From assembly GCF_013315695.1 (NCBI RefSeq), contig NZ_CP054353.1: a stretch of 64,000 nucleotides of DNA, one strand, 5' to 3'. This DNA comes from Escherichia coli (GTDB lineage Bacteria; Pseudomonadota; Gammaproteobacteria; Enterobacterales; Enterobacteriaceae). The notes beneath the pieces were generated by a model. That model was not told the DNA's origin, made no database searches, and saw nothing but the letters and a program-made list of their open reading frames with translations. The position numbers and the translations under genes are program-made. Below, piece by piece: positions 31,589 to 39,880 of the stretch (position 1 is its first letter; every line of letters starts with the position of its first letter).

Positions 31589-31729
31589 TTACTGCTTACA
31601 CTGTAAGAACGCCGCAAACTCCGCTCCCCAGAAGCTCATCCGTATTTCGCACAGTGAACCGTGCAGCATCCAGATGATGAGGATTGCCGTCACGCAGAAC
31701 GTGATGGCCGTAAGCGATTTTTGCGACAT
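31589..31729 (-). CDS. hok: Hok/Gef-family type I toxin (46 aa)
   Basis: An ATG at 31729 with AAGGAG 8 nt upstream opens MSQKSLTAITFCVTAILIIWMLHGSLCEIRMSFWGAEFAAFLQCKQ. One TM helix plus the SLCEIR...AAFL.CK signature of Hok proteins. Not in the track (<60 aa). Confidence 0.75.
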   Translation of the reverse strand: MSQKSLTAITFCVTAILIIWMLHGSLCEIRMSFWGAEFAAFLQCKQ

Positions 31730-31859
31730 AGCACTTGCTCCTTTTCCGGAGAGGCGCTAACCTTTCACTTGTCAAGGTAATGCGGTTAGGGCCTCGGTTA
31801 AACAGAGATGTTTTCCGGGGCCTTTCCACATCTGGCCTTCGGGTATTCCCTCCGACCAT
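31596..31859 (-). CDS. mok-like overlapping reading frame (translational coupler of hok); start uncertain
   Basis: The track's 87-aa ORF overlaps the whole hok-like ORF in another frame, as mok does in R1 hok/sok. No independent protein similarity recognised. Confidence 0.4.
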   Translation of the reverse strand: MVGGNTRRPDVERPRKTSLFNRGPNRITLTSERLAPLRKRSKCYVAKIAYGHHVLRDGNPHHLDAARFTVRNTDELLGSGVCGVLTV

Positions 31860-31957
31860 CAGCCGAAAGGCACCCGCGCGTAATTTACCGTTTCCTGAGT
31901 AAATTCTCCAAATAAAATTCCACAGTCAAAAGTACAGAAACAAAAACAGGTATGTGA

Positions 31958-32215
31958 TCACATCGCCGGAAGTGGCAGCGACATCTGCGCATCACCACGG
32001 TGTGACGCTGGCAGGCTCTGCCACGGAATATCCGGTGAAGTACCACCGCTGCGCTTTACGGTGAGTTTTTCGAAGCTCTCCAGCGTCGAGAAGGAGAGAC
32101 TGCATTCGGGATTGTTGCACTGGTAGAGCTTCTGCCGGACAGTGCGTGAGTCGTTCGCGGCGCGGCTTGTGCGGGTGCGCGTGCTCGCACCACAAAAAGG
32201 ACACGGAAAAGACAT
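31958..32215 (-). CDS. ogr: Ogr/Delta-family zinc-finger late transcription activator
   Basis: MSFPCPFCGASTRTRTSR...YQCNNPECSLSFSTLESF carries the CxxC-N22-CxxxxC pattern of P2 Ogr. Lies downstream of D as in P2. Confidence 0.85.
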   Translation of the reverse strand: MSFPCPFCGASTRTRTSRAANDSRTVRQKLYQCNNPECSLSFSTLESFEKLTVKRSGGTSPDIPWQSLPASHRGDAQMSLPLPAM

Positions 32216-32267
32216 GACGGAGACCTCCTTTTTTTCATGAAGGTGAATCTCCGTGATTTTATTCCTG

Positions 32268-33383
32268 TTATTCCTGTTGCGCTATCCATTCAGGAATTTT
32301 TAATTCCAGCTCAAGCCGCGTGGTGAAGCCGCTGTCGTCGATGTTGTGCTCCACCTTCGCCAGTACCCAGTCCTCCGCGTCGATGTCACTCTTGAAACCG
32401 GATACCGTGCCGCGCATTTCGGGGTACAGGTCGGGGCGACCGCGTGCCAGCGTGATGGAGAACTCAGCCGCGCCGCGCTGTAGCTGCTGCCATTTTGCCG
32501 CCGCTGCACGGCGTGCGGCCTCCTCGTTTTTGAAGGTTTTACGCATGACGTACACATTGCCGTCTGCGCCCTCCATGTAATCCCCCTCGCGGCTGCTGCT
32601 TTTCTCCTTTTTTGTTTTTTGGGCAGAACCACGTTTTGTCACGCTGACTTTTTTCTTTTTGCCAAAGTCCAGATCCAGCCAGTAAGCGCGCACCCCCGTG
32701 TACGCCTGCCGGTCTGCAATGCGGAAGTGATGGCTGTCACCGCTGCTGCGGGTGATGGCGAATGAGGGCAGCGGCTTTCCGCTGGCGCTCACCCCCTGTC
32801 CGGGCACGATGAAAAGCAGGGCACCGTTTTTGACGGTGGCGATGGCGCCCAGCATGTCCGCCATGCGCGTGAGAAACGAGATGTCACTTTCCTCCGTCTG
32901 GTCGGCGTGGTCGATTTCCACCTCTGCCAGCGAGGCGCTGATTTGTGCCTTCAGTCCGTAGCGGTACGCGATGGCAGAAACAACCTGTCCCACCGTCACG
33001 TCATGCCAGGACACTTCACGCTTCACGTTGAACTCCTGCCGGAAGTCTGCGCTGCTGGCCGTGATGGTGAGCCTATCCGGTGGTCCCTCATGTGTCACCT
33101 CGTCAACGATGAAGGTTCCCTTGTCTGTCAGCGCCTCACCTTTCCAGCCCAGCGCCAGACCCAGCGTCTGTCCGCGCTTCGGGAGTTGCACTCCGCCGTC
33201 GCAGTCGTCAATCGTGAGGGTTAACTGGTCCGCCTCAAATCCCCGGTTGTCGGTCATCGCCAGCGAGATGACCCGTCGGGTCAGCGCCGCGTTTTCCGTG
33301 CCCTTAACCGTGATGGAAAAATCAGGGATCTTCACGCACTCTGACAGACCGTTCAGGTATCCGCTTACGTCCGCAGGGTTCAT
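32268..33383 (-). CDS. P2 gpD-like tail/late control protein
   Basis: Track ORF 32268..33566. The internal start MNPADVSGYLNG gives 371 aa. Similarity to the gpD family is judged by eye. Confidence 0.85.
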   Translation of the reverse strand: MNPADVSGYLNGLSECVKIPDFSITVKGTENAALTRRVISLAMTDNRGFEADQLTLTIDDCDGGVQLPKRGQTLGLALGWKGEALTDKGTFIVDEVTHEGPPDRLTITASSADFRQEFNVKREVSWHDVTVGQVVSAIAYRYGLKAQISASLAEVEIDHADQTEESDISFLTRMADMLGAIATVKNGALLFIVPGQGVSASGKPLPSFAITRSSGDSHHFRIADRQAYTGVRAYWLDLDFGKKKKVSVTKRGSAQKTKKEKSSSREGDYMEGADGNVYVMRKTFKNEEAARRAAAAKWQQLQRGAAEFSITLARGRPDLYPEMRGTVSGFKSDIDAEDWVLAKVEHNIDDSGFTTRLELELKIPEWIAQQE

Positions 33384-33455
33384 CGCAATTTCTCCGTCTG
33401 TGTCTTCGTCCGGCGAAATACTCCCACGCGCACGGAGGCGCTGTAATCCTGCGTA

Positions 33456-33481
33456 TGTTGTCGGAGAACGGTGAGAACAGG
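33456..33481 (+). promoter_or_regulatory. candidate Ogr-dependent late promoter element (copy 1)
   Basis: tgttgtcggagaacggtgagaacagg, 23/26 identical to 52014-52039. Centred in the D/FI divergent spacer. Confidence 0.35.
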
Positions 33482-33545
33482 CAGCGCGTGAATGCGGGGC
33501 TGTTTTTCGGGAGGATGTCGCCACACAAAACACCAGGAGGTGCTC

Positions 33546-34727
33546 ATGAGTGAAACACGCTTTCACGGTGCACGCGTCAAAGAAAACACCGACCTTGTGA
33601 CCGCGATTAATGACATTGATTCCAGTGTCATCGGTATCGTGGCCACGGCGGACGATGCAGACAGCGACGCGTTCCCGTTAAACAAACCCGTATTGATCAC
33701 CCGCGTGGCGAATGTGCTGGGTAAGGCAGGCACAACAGGCACGCTGTACAAAACGCTCAAGGCGATTTCCGACCAGACCAGCCCGAAGGTTATCGTGGTG
33801 CGTGTGGCTGAAGCCGGAGAGGAAGGTGAGACACAGGATCAGCTTGTCATCGGTGGCTCGCAGGCTGACGGCAGCTACACGGGCATGTATGCCCTGCTGG
33901 TTGCTGAACAGGACGAGAGCATTGGTTACCGCCCGCGCATTCTGGCGGCTCCCGGCCTGGATACCGAAGCAGTCACATCCGCCCTGTGCGTCATTGCGGA
34001 CAAGCTCCGCGCCTTTGTGTACGCCGGATGTAACGGGTGCGACACGATGGCGGAGGCAATCACTTACCGTGCGAAGTTCTCCGCGCGTGAGCTGATGCTG
34101 CTGTGGCCTGACTTCATTGCCTACAACCCGGTGAGCGGAAATAACGAAACATTTCCGGCAGCGGCGTATGCGTGCGGGTTGCGTGCGCGGATTGACAGTG
34201 AACAGGGCTGGCACAAGTCACTGTCCAACGTGGCGCTGAAAAATGTTCTCGGTATGTCGCAGCAGGTGTTCTGGTCGTTGCAGGCCGAAGACAGTGATGC
34301 GAACAACCTGAACAACAAGGAAATCACCACGATTATTCGCCGTAACGGCTTCCGCTTCTGGGGGAACCGTACTGCCGAAACCAGCGACTACATCTTTGAG
34401 GTGTACACGCGCACAGCGCAGATTCTGGCAGATACCATCGCTGAGGCGCAGTTCGAAACCATTGACGAACCGCTGACCCCGGCGAACGTGAAGGACGTGA
34501 TTAGCGCCATCCGCGCAAAACTCAACGCCCTGGTCACCGCCGGGAAACTCATCGGTGCGGAGTGCTGGTATGACGTGCTGGACAACGGCACGACGGATTT
34601 GCGTCAGGGGCGCGTGCGCATCCGCTACAAGTACACGCCAGTGCCGCCGATGGAAGATCTGACGCTGTATCAGACCTTCACGGATGAGTATTTCGACTCC
34701 GCTTTTGCAACGCTGGGAGGTGCGTAA
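33546..34727 (+). CDS. contractile tail sheath protein (gpFI-like)
   Basis: Internal start MSETRFHGARVKE preceded by caggagg. FPLNKPVLITRV and the overall match to P2 FI. 393 aa. Confidence 0.9.
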   Translation: MSETRFHGARVKENTDLVTAINDIDSSVIGIVATADDADSDAFPLNKPVLITRVANVLGKAGTTGTLYKTLKAISDQTSPKVIVVRVAEAGEEGETQDQLVIGGSQADGSYTGMYALLVAEQDESIGYRPRILAAPGLDTEAVTSALCVIADKLRAFVYAGCNGCDTMAEAITYRAKFSARELMLLWPDFIAYNPVSGNNETFPAAAYACGLRARIDSEQGWHKSLSNVALKNVLGMSQQVFWSLQAEDSDANNLNNKEITTIIRRNGFRFWGNRTAETSDYIFEVYTRTAQILADTIAEAQFETIDEPLTPANVKDVISAIRAKLNALVTAGKLIGAECWYDVLDNGTTDLRQGRVRIRYKYTPVPPMEDLTLYQTFTDEYFDSAFATLGGA

Positions 34728-35243
34728 ATGGCTGTACCACGTTACGTTCGCCAGTTCACGCTGTTTGTGAACGGCAAAAACAAAATCGGCACGGTGACAG
34801 GCGTCACTCTGCCCAAGCTGACCCGAAAAACCGAAGCCTATCGCGGTGGCGGGATGCTGGGTGCGGTGCATATTGACCTCGGACTGGATGACGGCGCACT
34901 GGATGCCTCGTTCACCACCGGTGGGGTTGAAAAAGAGCTGCTCCAGGAATACGCCACTGACATTAACGAAGTGGCGCTGCGCTTTGTGGGTGAGCTGTTC
35001 ACCGATGGTGAGGAAAGTCAGCTCCTTGAGGTGGAGATGCGCGGACGCATCACGGAAATCGACCGTGGCGAAACCAAACAGGGCGACACCACACAGTACA
35101 CCTTCGCCGTCAAAAACACCTACTACAAGGAGTCGGTGGATGACAGTGATGTGACAGAAATCGACCTGCTGAACTTCATCTACAAAAAAGACGGCCAGAA
35201 CGTCTTTGGTGACCGCGTGAGTTCGGCGCTCGGTCTGAACTGA
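34728..35243 (+). CDS. tail tube protein (gpFII-like)
   Basis: 171 aa, immediately after the sheath gene. P2 FII size and position. Confidence 0.9.
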   Translation: MAVPRYVRQFTLFVNGKNKIGTVTGVTLPKLTRKTEAYRGGGMLGAVHIDLGLDDGALDASFTTGGVEKELLQEYATDINEVALRFVGELFTDGEESQLLEVEMRGRITEIDRGETKQGDTTQYTFAVKNTYYKESVDDSDVTEIDLLNFIYKKDGQNVFGDRVSSALGLN

Positions 35244-35289
35244 CAGCATTAACAGGGCGGCACATTGTGCCGCCACAGGAGAAAGAAAA

Positions 35290-35673
35290 ATGGCAGCAAA
35301 GAAAGATGACATCATGAACAGCGAAATCGTCGCAGGTGACACCACCACTGAAAACATCGATGTGGCAGAGGAAAAAACGGGGGTGAAGTTATCCTGCCCG
35401 GTGGTGCGTGGCGAACGCGTTATTGACTACGTGGAGATTGGCGAGGAAATCCGTCAGGCAGGCTCGTTGCGCGGGCTGTCTCTGATTGAGGTGCTGAACC
35501 TCAAAACGGACCCGATGATGACGCTGCTTTCGCGCGTGACCGCACCACGCCTGAAGCTGGCAGAAATCCAGACACTGGACACCGGTGATTTCGTGGCGCT
35601 GGCGACTATGGCTGCGAATTTTTTTGCTCCCACGGAGTCTGCGAAACCGTCCGTGGCGGTGATGGAAGCGTAA
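35290..35673 (+). CDS. tail assembly chaperone gpE-like (zero-frame product)
   Basis: 127 aa, between tube and tape measure. Contains the slippery run near its 3' end. Confidence 0.8.
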   Translation: MAAKKDDIMNSEIVAGDTTTENIDVAEEKTGVKLSCPVVRGERVIDYVEIGEEIRQAGSLRGLSLIEVLNLKTDPMMTLLSRVTAPRLKLAEIQTLDTGDFVALATMAANFFAPTESAKPSVAVMEA

Positions 35674-35837
35674 TCACGCTGGCGAAGTTCGACAACGTTG
35701 AAGAACTGGTCGCTGATATAGCAGTCGTGTTTAACTGGTCGCCCGGCGAGATATTCTCAATGCCTCTCGTCGAGGTGATGAGCTGGCGTGAGCGGGCGGC
35801 GCAACGTAGCGGAGTCCGCAACAGTGAAATCCCTTGA
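35290..35837 (+). CDS. gpE+E'-like fusion made by programmed -1 frameshift at T7G (about 35619-35626)
   Basis: After a -1 slip the frame stays open for 70 codons (..ITLAKFDNVEELVADIAVVFNWSPGEIFSMPLVEVMSWRERAAQRSG..) to the tga at 35835. This is the P2 E/E' and lambda G/GT paradigm. Confidence 0.65.
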
Positions 35838-38800
35838 TATTCGTGTCAGCTTTGGCGCAATTGACCGGCTGACATGCCCGACCGAAAACGCCCGCCGTCA
35901 GGTGGGCGCTCTCACTGAATCCCTTCAGAAGACGCAGAACAACATACAGGCGCTCGACAGACAGTCGAAGGTGTTCGATCGTGCCGCCGGAAATCTCAGT
36001 AAATACCGCGAACAGATTGCCCGCGCGGAGCAGAGGCTCGCCGGGCTGCGAAAGGCAGAGCAGAACGGTAACATCCTCTCCGAAAAGCAGCGCGAAACGC
36101 TGGCGGCACTCTCCGCGCGGCTTGAGCGCCTGAACGAGCTGCGCACGCGCGAGCGCGAAAAACTCCAGGCGGCGGCTGGCGAAATGCGTAAACATGGCAT
36201 TCTGCTTTCCGGCAGCAGCCGCACCATCGAAAGTGCCGTTCGTCGCACGCAGCAGTACAACGAGCAGCTCGAGCGTGAACGGCAGGCTCTGGCTCGCGTG
36301 ACGCAGGCACAGAGCCGCTATGAGGCCGCGAAGGCACAGGCGGAAAAACTGCGCAACACAGGGGCTGTGGCGATGGCGGCGGGTACAGGCGGCCTGTATG
36401 CGGCGCAGCGCATGATGGCTCCGGCGATGGAGTCCGAACAGCACGGTGCGGTCATCGCAGCCGGTTCGGGGGAAGGCGCACAGGATGGCGCACGTTACAC
36501 CCACATCATCCGTAACATACAGGCTGACGGTCTCGCTGATTTTGCCGGTGCTGCGGAGGCCGTGAGTGCGGTACGCAGCACGCTCGGCGCACTGGGCGAC
36601 ACCGGTGACAGGGAGCTTGAGCGCATCAGCCGTCGTGCGCTGGATATGCGGACCGTCTTTGGTGTTGATGTGCCGCAGAGCATTCAGGCCGCTGCCATCA
36701 TGATGAAGAACGGGCTGGCCGCCAGCAGTGACGAGGCTACTAACCTGATGACGGCAGGGATGCAGCGCATGTCCGCTGAAATGCGCGATGAACTGCCGGA
36801 AATTCTGCATGAGTATTCCACCCACTTCCGCAACATGGGCTTCACCGGCAGCGAGACAATGAGTCTGCTGGTTGAGATGGCAAAGCAGGGCAAGTTTGCG
36901 CTGGACAAAACCGGCGATGCCGTGAAGGAGTTCAGTATCCGTGGTTCGGATATGTCGAAATCCAGTGTTTCAGCGTATGAGACACTTGGCCTGAATGCCG
37001 AACGGGTGTCTGCTGCCATTGCTCAGGGGGGCAGTACCGCACGCCAGGCGATGCAGGTGACCGCCCGTGCACTGCTGGCCATCCGTGACCCGGCAGAGCG
37101 GGCGAACACGGCCATTGCGTTATTCGGCACCCCCGTTGAAGACCTTTCCGTTGACCAGATCCCGCAGTTCCTGAGGGCGCTGGCTGATGTTCGTGACAAT
37201 CTGGGCGATGTCACCGGTGTGGCAGACCGCATGGGGCAGACGCTGCGCGGTAATCTCTCCGGCGATATTCAGGCGCTGAGTGGTGCGTTCTCAGGGCTAC
37301 GCACGGACATCTTCGGTACTGTGACCGAGGATTTGCGCGGGCTGGTTCAGACGGTGAGCGCGTGGGTGACCCGGATGCGCGAATGGGTCGGAGAGCATCA
37401 GGCGCTGGTCAGGGTGCTGGTACTGGCGGGCGGGAGTGTTCTGGCGCTGTCTTCTACGTTCGGTGCGCTGTCACTGACGCTCGGGCTGATTGCGGGGCCG
37501 CTGGCAAAACTGCAACTGGGACTGGGGCTGCTGACGGGGGGCGGCGGCATTGGTGGTGCTGTCCGGCTTGTGTCTGCGATGGCGCTGCGCCTGACGGGGC
37601 TGCCTGCGCTGTGGGGGCTGGTCACGGGGGCGGTGTCGGTACTGGGTGGTGCAGTGGGGGCGCTGTTCAGCCCGGTCGGGCTGATTGTTGCCGCCCTGGT
37701 GGGCGGCGCGGTTCTGGTGTGGAAATACTGGGATCAGATCAGTGCGTTTTTTTCCGGCTTTTTTGCCGGAGTGTGGGAGGCGCTGCAACCGCTGCGGGAA
37801 GCCTTTGCGTCGCTGGCTCCGGTGTTCGGGCTGATTGGCGATGGCATCAAAGCCGTGTGGGAATGGTTCACCCGCCTGCTTGAACCTGCAAACGCCTCAA
37901 AAGAGACACTCGACAAATGCACCAGCGCCGGGGAGTCGTTCGGGAAAACGCTGGGGTGGGTCATTCAGAACATTGTGCTGGGGCCGCTGACACTGCTTCT
38001 TGATGGCCTCGGCACAGTGCTGAAGTGGCTGGGTGTTATCCCGGATGGCATCAGGGAAGCGCAGAAGGAGACGCAAAAACTCCAGGAGAGCGCCGCAAAA
38101 CAGGCCACACAAAAAGCGCCGGTTGCGTGGGAGTGGGATCCTGCACAGAAAAAAATGGTGCAGAAAACATGGTCGTGGTCATCAGATGCAGCGGAAAACA
38201 ACGGTGACAATAAACCCGCAATACCTGCCCCTGCGGTTCCCGGAGAGGTGAAGGGAACGTCAGACAATCCGGTCGGCAAACCCGGTAGTAAATCCCCGCT
38301 GGATGAGGCATGGTTCCGGCAGGGGATACAGAAAACCGCCAGCAACACCGGCGGGCTGCTTGAGGAAACCAAAAAACGTACTGGTCCCGGCGATATTGTT
38401 TTCAAAAACCTGCCCGGACCCGAAATCATTCACGGCGAGTGGAAAGCACCGCAGGTTATCCGGACAGTGCAGGCGGTATCGGCGGGCGGAGGACTGGCGG
38501 ATGCGCTGACAACGCTCTGGCAGAAACTCACCGGAAGACAGACTGCTTCACCCGTTCCGGTCGTGAATATTCCTGCGCCAGTGGAGAGAGTGGCACGTCA
38601 GGTATCCACGCTGCCACAGCCGCAGCACAACGAGGCAAATACAGAACTGGTTGCCGGTATTCAGCGCGTGCATGAGGCTGTGAACAGTCCGGGGGGAGAG
38701 ACGGTATCGCCTCCACCTGTGGTGAACGTTCTGATGCCAGCAGTGAATGTTCCTGCGCCAGTGGTGAGTGTGGCGCGTCAGGTATCCACGCTGCCGCAGC

Positions 38801-39288
38801 ACAACGAGGCAAATACAGAACTGGTTGCCGGTATTCAGCGTGTGCATGAGGCGGTGAACAGTCCGGGTGGAGAGACGGTATCGCCTCCACCTGTGGTGAA
38901 CGTTCTGATGCCAGCAGTGAATGTTCCTGCGCCAGTGGTGAGCGTGGCCCGTCAGGTATCCACGCTGCCGCAGCACAACGAGGCAAATACAGAGCTGGCT
39001 GCCGGTATTCAGCGCGTGCGTGAGGCTGTGAACAGTCCGGGTGGAGATGTGGCTTTATCTGTTCCTGTTGCGGAGGTTATCCGTCCACCGCTGCGACCGG
39101 AGTCCGTCAAAAAAGAAACCGCGCCACAAACGCAGGCTGCGGTATTTTCCGGTGAGATACACGTGCATCTGCACAACGTCAACACGCAGAATCCGCGTGA
39201 ACTGGCAAAACTGGTTGGCGAGGCTGTCCGCGAAGAGATGCGCAGACAGGTGCGTACAGGCATGAACAGCTTCCGTGACAGGGACTAA
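35788..39288 (+). CDS. tail tape measure protein (gpT-like), 1166 aa; start may be GTG 35824
   Basis: Long Ala/Gly/Leu-rich ORF with a central hydrophobic glycine-zipper region (..GLLTGGGGIGGAV..). Position between E/E' and U. Confidence 0.85.
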   Translation: MSGRRNVAESATVKSLDIRVSFGAIDRLTCPTENARRQVGALTESLQKTQNNIQALDRQSKVFDRAAGNLSKYREQIARAEQRLAGLRKAEQNGNILSEKQRETLAALSARLERLNELRTREREKLQAAAGEMRKHGILLSGSSRTIESAVRRTQQYNEQLERERQALARVTQAQSRYEAAKAQAEKLRNTGAVAMAAGTGGLYAAQRMMAPAMESEQHGAVIAAGSGEGAQDGARYTHIIRNIQADGLADFAGAAEAVSAVRSTLGALGDTGDRELERISRRALDMRTVFGVDVPQSIQAAAIMMKNGLAASSDEATNLMTAGMQRMSAEMRDELPEILHEYSTHFRNMGFTGSETMSLLVEMAKQGKFALDKTGDAVKEFSIRGSDMSKSSVSAYETLGLNAERVSAAIAQGGSTARQAMQVTARALLAIRDPAERANTAIALFGTPVEDLSVDQIPQFLRALADVRDNLGDVTGVADRMGQTLRGNLSGDIQALSGAFSGLRTDIFGTVTEDLRGLVQTVSAWVTRMREWVGEHQALVRVLVLAGGSVLALSSTFGALSLTLGLIAGPLAKLQLGLGLLTGGGGIGGAVRLVSAMALRLTGLPALWGLVTGAVSVLGGAVGALFSPVGLIVAALVGGAVLVWKYWDQISAFFSGFFAGVWEALQPLREAFASLAPVFGLIGDGIKAVWEWFTRLLEPANASKETLDKCTSAGESFGKTLGWVIQNIVLGPLTLLLDGLGTVLKWLGVIPDGIREAQKETQKLQESAAKQATQKAPVAWEWDPAQKKMVQKTWSWSSDAAENNGDNKPAIPAPAVPGEVKGTSDNPVGKPGSKSPLDEAWFRQGIQKTASNTGGLLEETKKRTGPGDIVFKNLPGPEIIHGEWKAPQVIRTVQAVSAGGGLADALTTLWQKLTGRQTASPVPVVNIPAPVERVARQVSTLPQPQHNEANTELVAGIQRVHEAVNSPGGETVSPPPVVNVLMPAVNVPAPVVSVARQVSTLPQHNEANTELVAGIQRVHEAVNSPGGETVSPPPVVNVLMPAVNVPAPVVSVARQVSTLPQHNEANTELAAGIQRVREAVNSPGGDVALSVPVAEVIRPPLRPESVKKETAPQTQAAVFSGEIHVHLHNVNTQNPRELAKLVGEAVREEMRRQVRTGMNSFRDRD
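38563..39050 (+). repeat. about 2.7 tandem copies of a 174-180 bp coding repeat within the tape measure gene
   Basis: Units start at 38563, 38743 and 38917 (gtgaat(a/g)ttcctgcgccagtgg..). Protein repeat: PAVNVPAPVVSVARQVSTLPQHNEANTELVAGIQRVHEAVNSPGGETVSPPPVVNVLM. Confidence 0.85.
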
Positions 39289-39301
39289 AGGAGACGCAAT
39301 T

Positions 39302-39760
39302 ATGATGATGATTTTTGGCATGTTTGTGTTTGAACTGAAAACGCTGCCGCATCAACAGATTCAACAAAACAAAACGTGGCGGCATGTGAAAAATGAGCGA
39401 ATCAACCGTTCTGCGGCCTGGCAGTATATTGGCGCAGGTGACGACCAGATCACGCTGTCCGGTCTGCTGTACCCGGAAATTACCGGCGGTGAGGTGTCGC
39501 TGACACTGCTGAACACCCAGGCCTACACCGGATGTCCCTGGCCGCTGATTGATGGTACGGGGCAGATTTACGGAATGTACGTGATTACGGGATTACAGAC
39601 CACCCGCTCCGAACTGGATCGCTACGGGAAGGCAAAAAAGATTGAGTTCTCCATCAGCTTTCAGCGGTGTGATGAGGATATGCGGGAGAGGCTTCAGTCT
39701 GCTTCTGCAGGTGATTTACTGAACACGCTTAAAGACAAAATGGCGATAGCGGCATTCTGA
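39302..39760 (+). CDS. tail protein gpU-like
   Basis: Internal start MMMIFGMFVFELKTLPHQQ after taaaggag. Resembles P2 U (MMVLGLFVF..TLPYQ..). 152 aa. Confidence 0.85.
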   Translation: MMMIFGMFVFELKTLPHQQIQQNKTWRHVKNERINRSAAWQYIGAGDDQITLSGLLYPEITGGEVSLTLLNTQAYTGCPWPLIDGTGQIYGMYVITGLQTTRSELDRYGKAKKIEFSISFQRCDEDMRERLQSASAGDLLNTLKDKMAIAAF

Positions 39761-39761
39761 A

Positions 39762-39793
39762 TAAAAAAAGAGGGAGTGTAAAAAGCACTCCCT
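39762..39793 (-). terminator. intrinsic terminator T1 (minus-strand polarity)
   Basis: The minus strand reads agggagtg-cttttta-cactccct followed by cttttttt. Confidence 0.65.
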
Positions 39794-39880
39794 TATTGCC
39801 TTCATGGAAAAGAAGCAAATGTTGTCAATACATTCTGACTATATATAAATCGCCCGATGAAGGCAATGGTGATGTTCGGG

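Noticed and set aside
31596-31859. 87-aa ORF as a stand-alone hypothetical protein
   Set aside because: It has no recognisable fold or motif and is Arg/Pro-rich. A different frame in the same interval encodes a convincing Hok-family peptide. I reinterpret the ORF as a mok-like overlapping frame.
34218-36825. Long antisense ORFs (379 aa at 34218..35357; 364 aa at 35731..36825) opposite FI/FII/E/T
   Set aside because: The opposite strand encodes recognisable sheath, tube, chaperone and tape measure proteins. The antisense translations are Arg/His/Val-rich with no motifs, as expected for shadow ORFs in high-GC phage DNA. The same reasoning applies to 52925..54046, 53308..53853, 48373..49155, 44189..45230, 45413..45988, 49174..49812 and similar entries.
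38563-39050. Regular ~177-bp repeats as a possible CRISPR-like or satellite array
   Set aside because: The repeats are contiguous with no unique spacers, are in-frame within the tape measure ORF, and translate into a repeated peptide. This is a coding tandem duplication.
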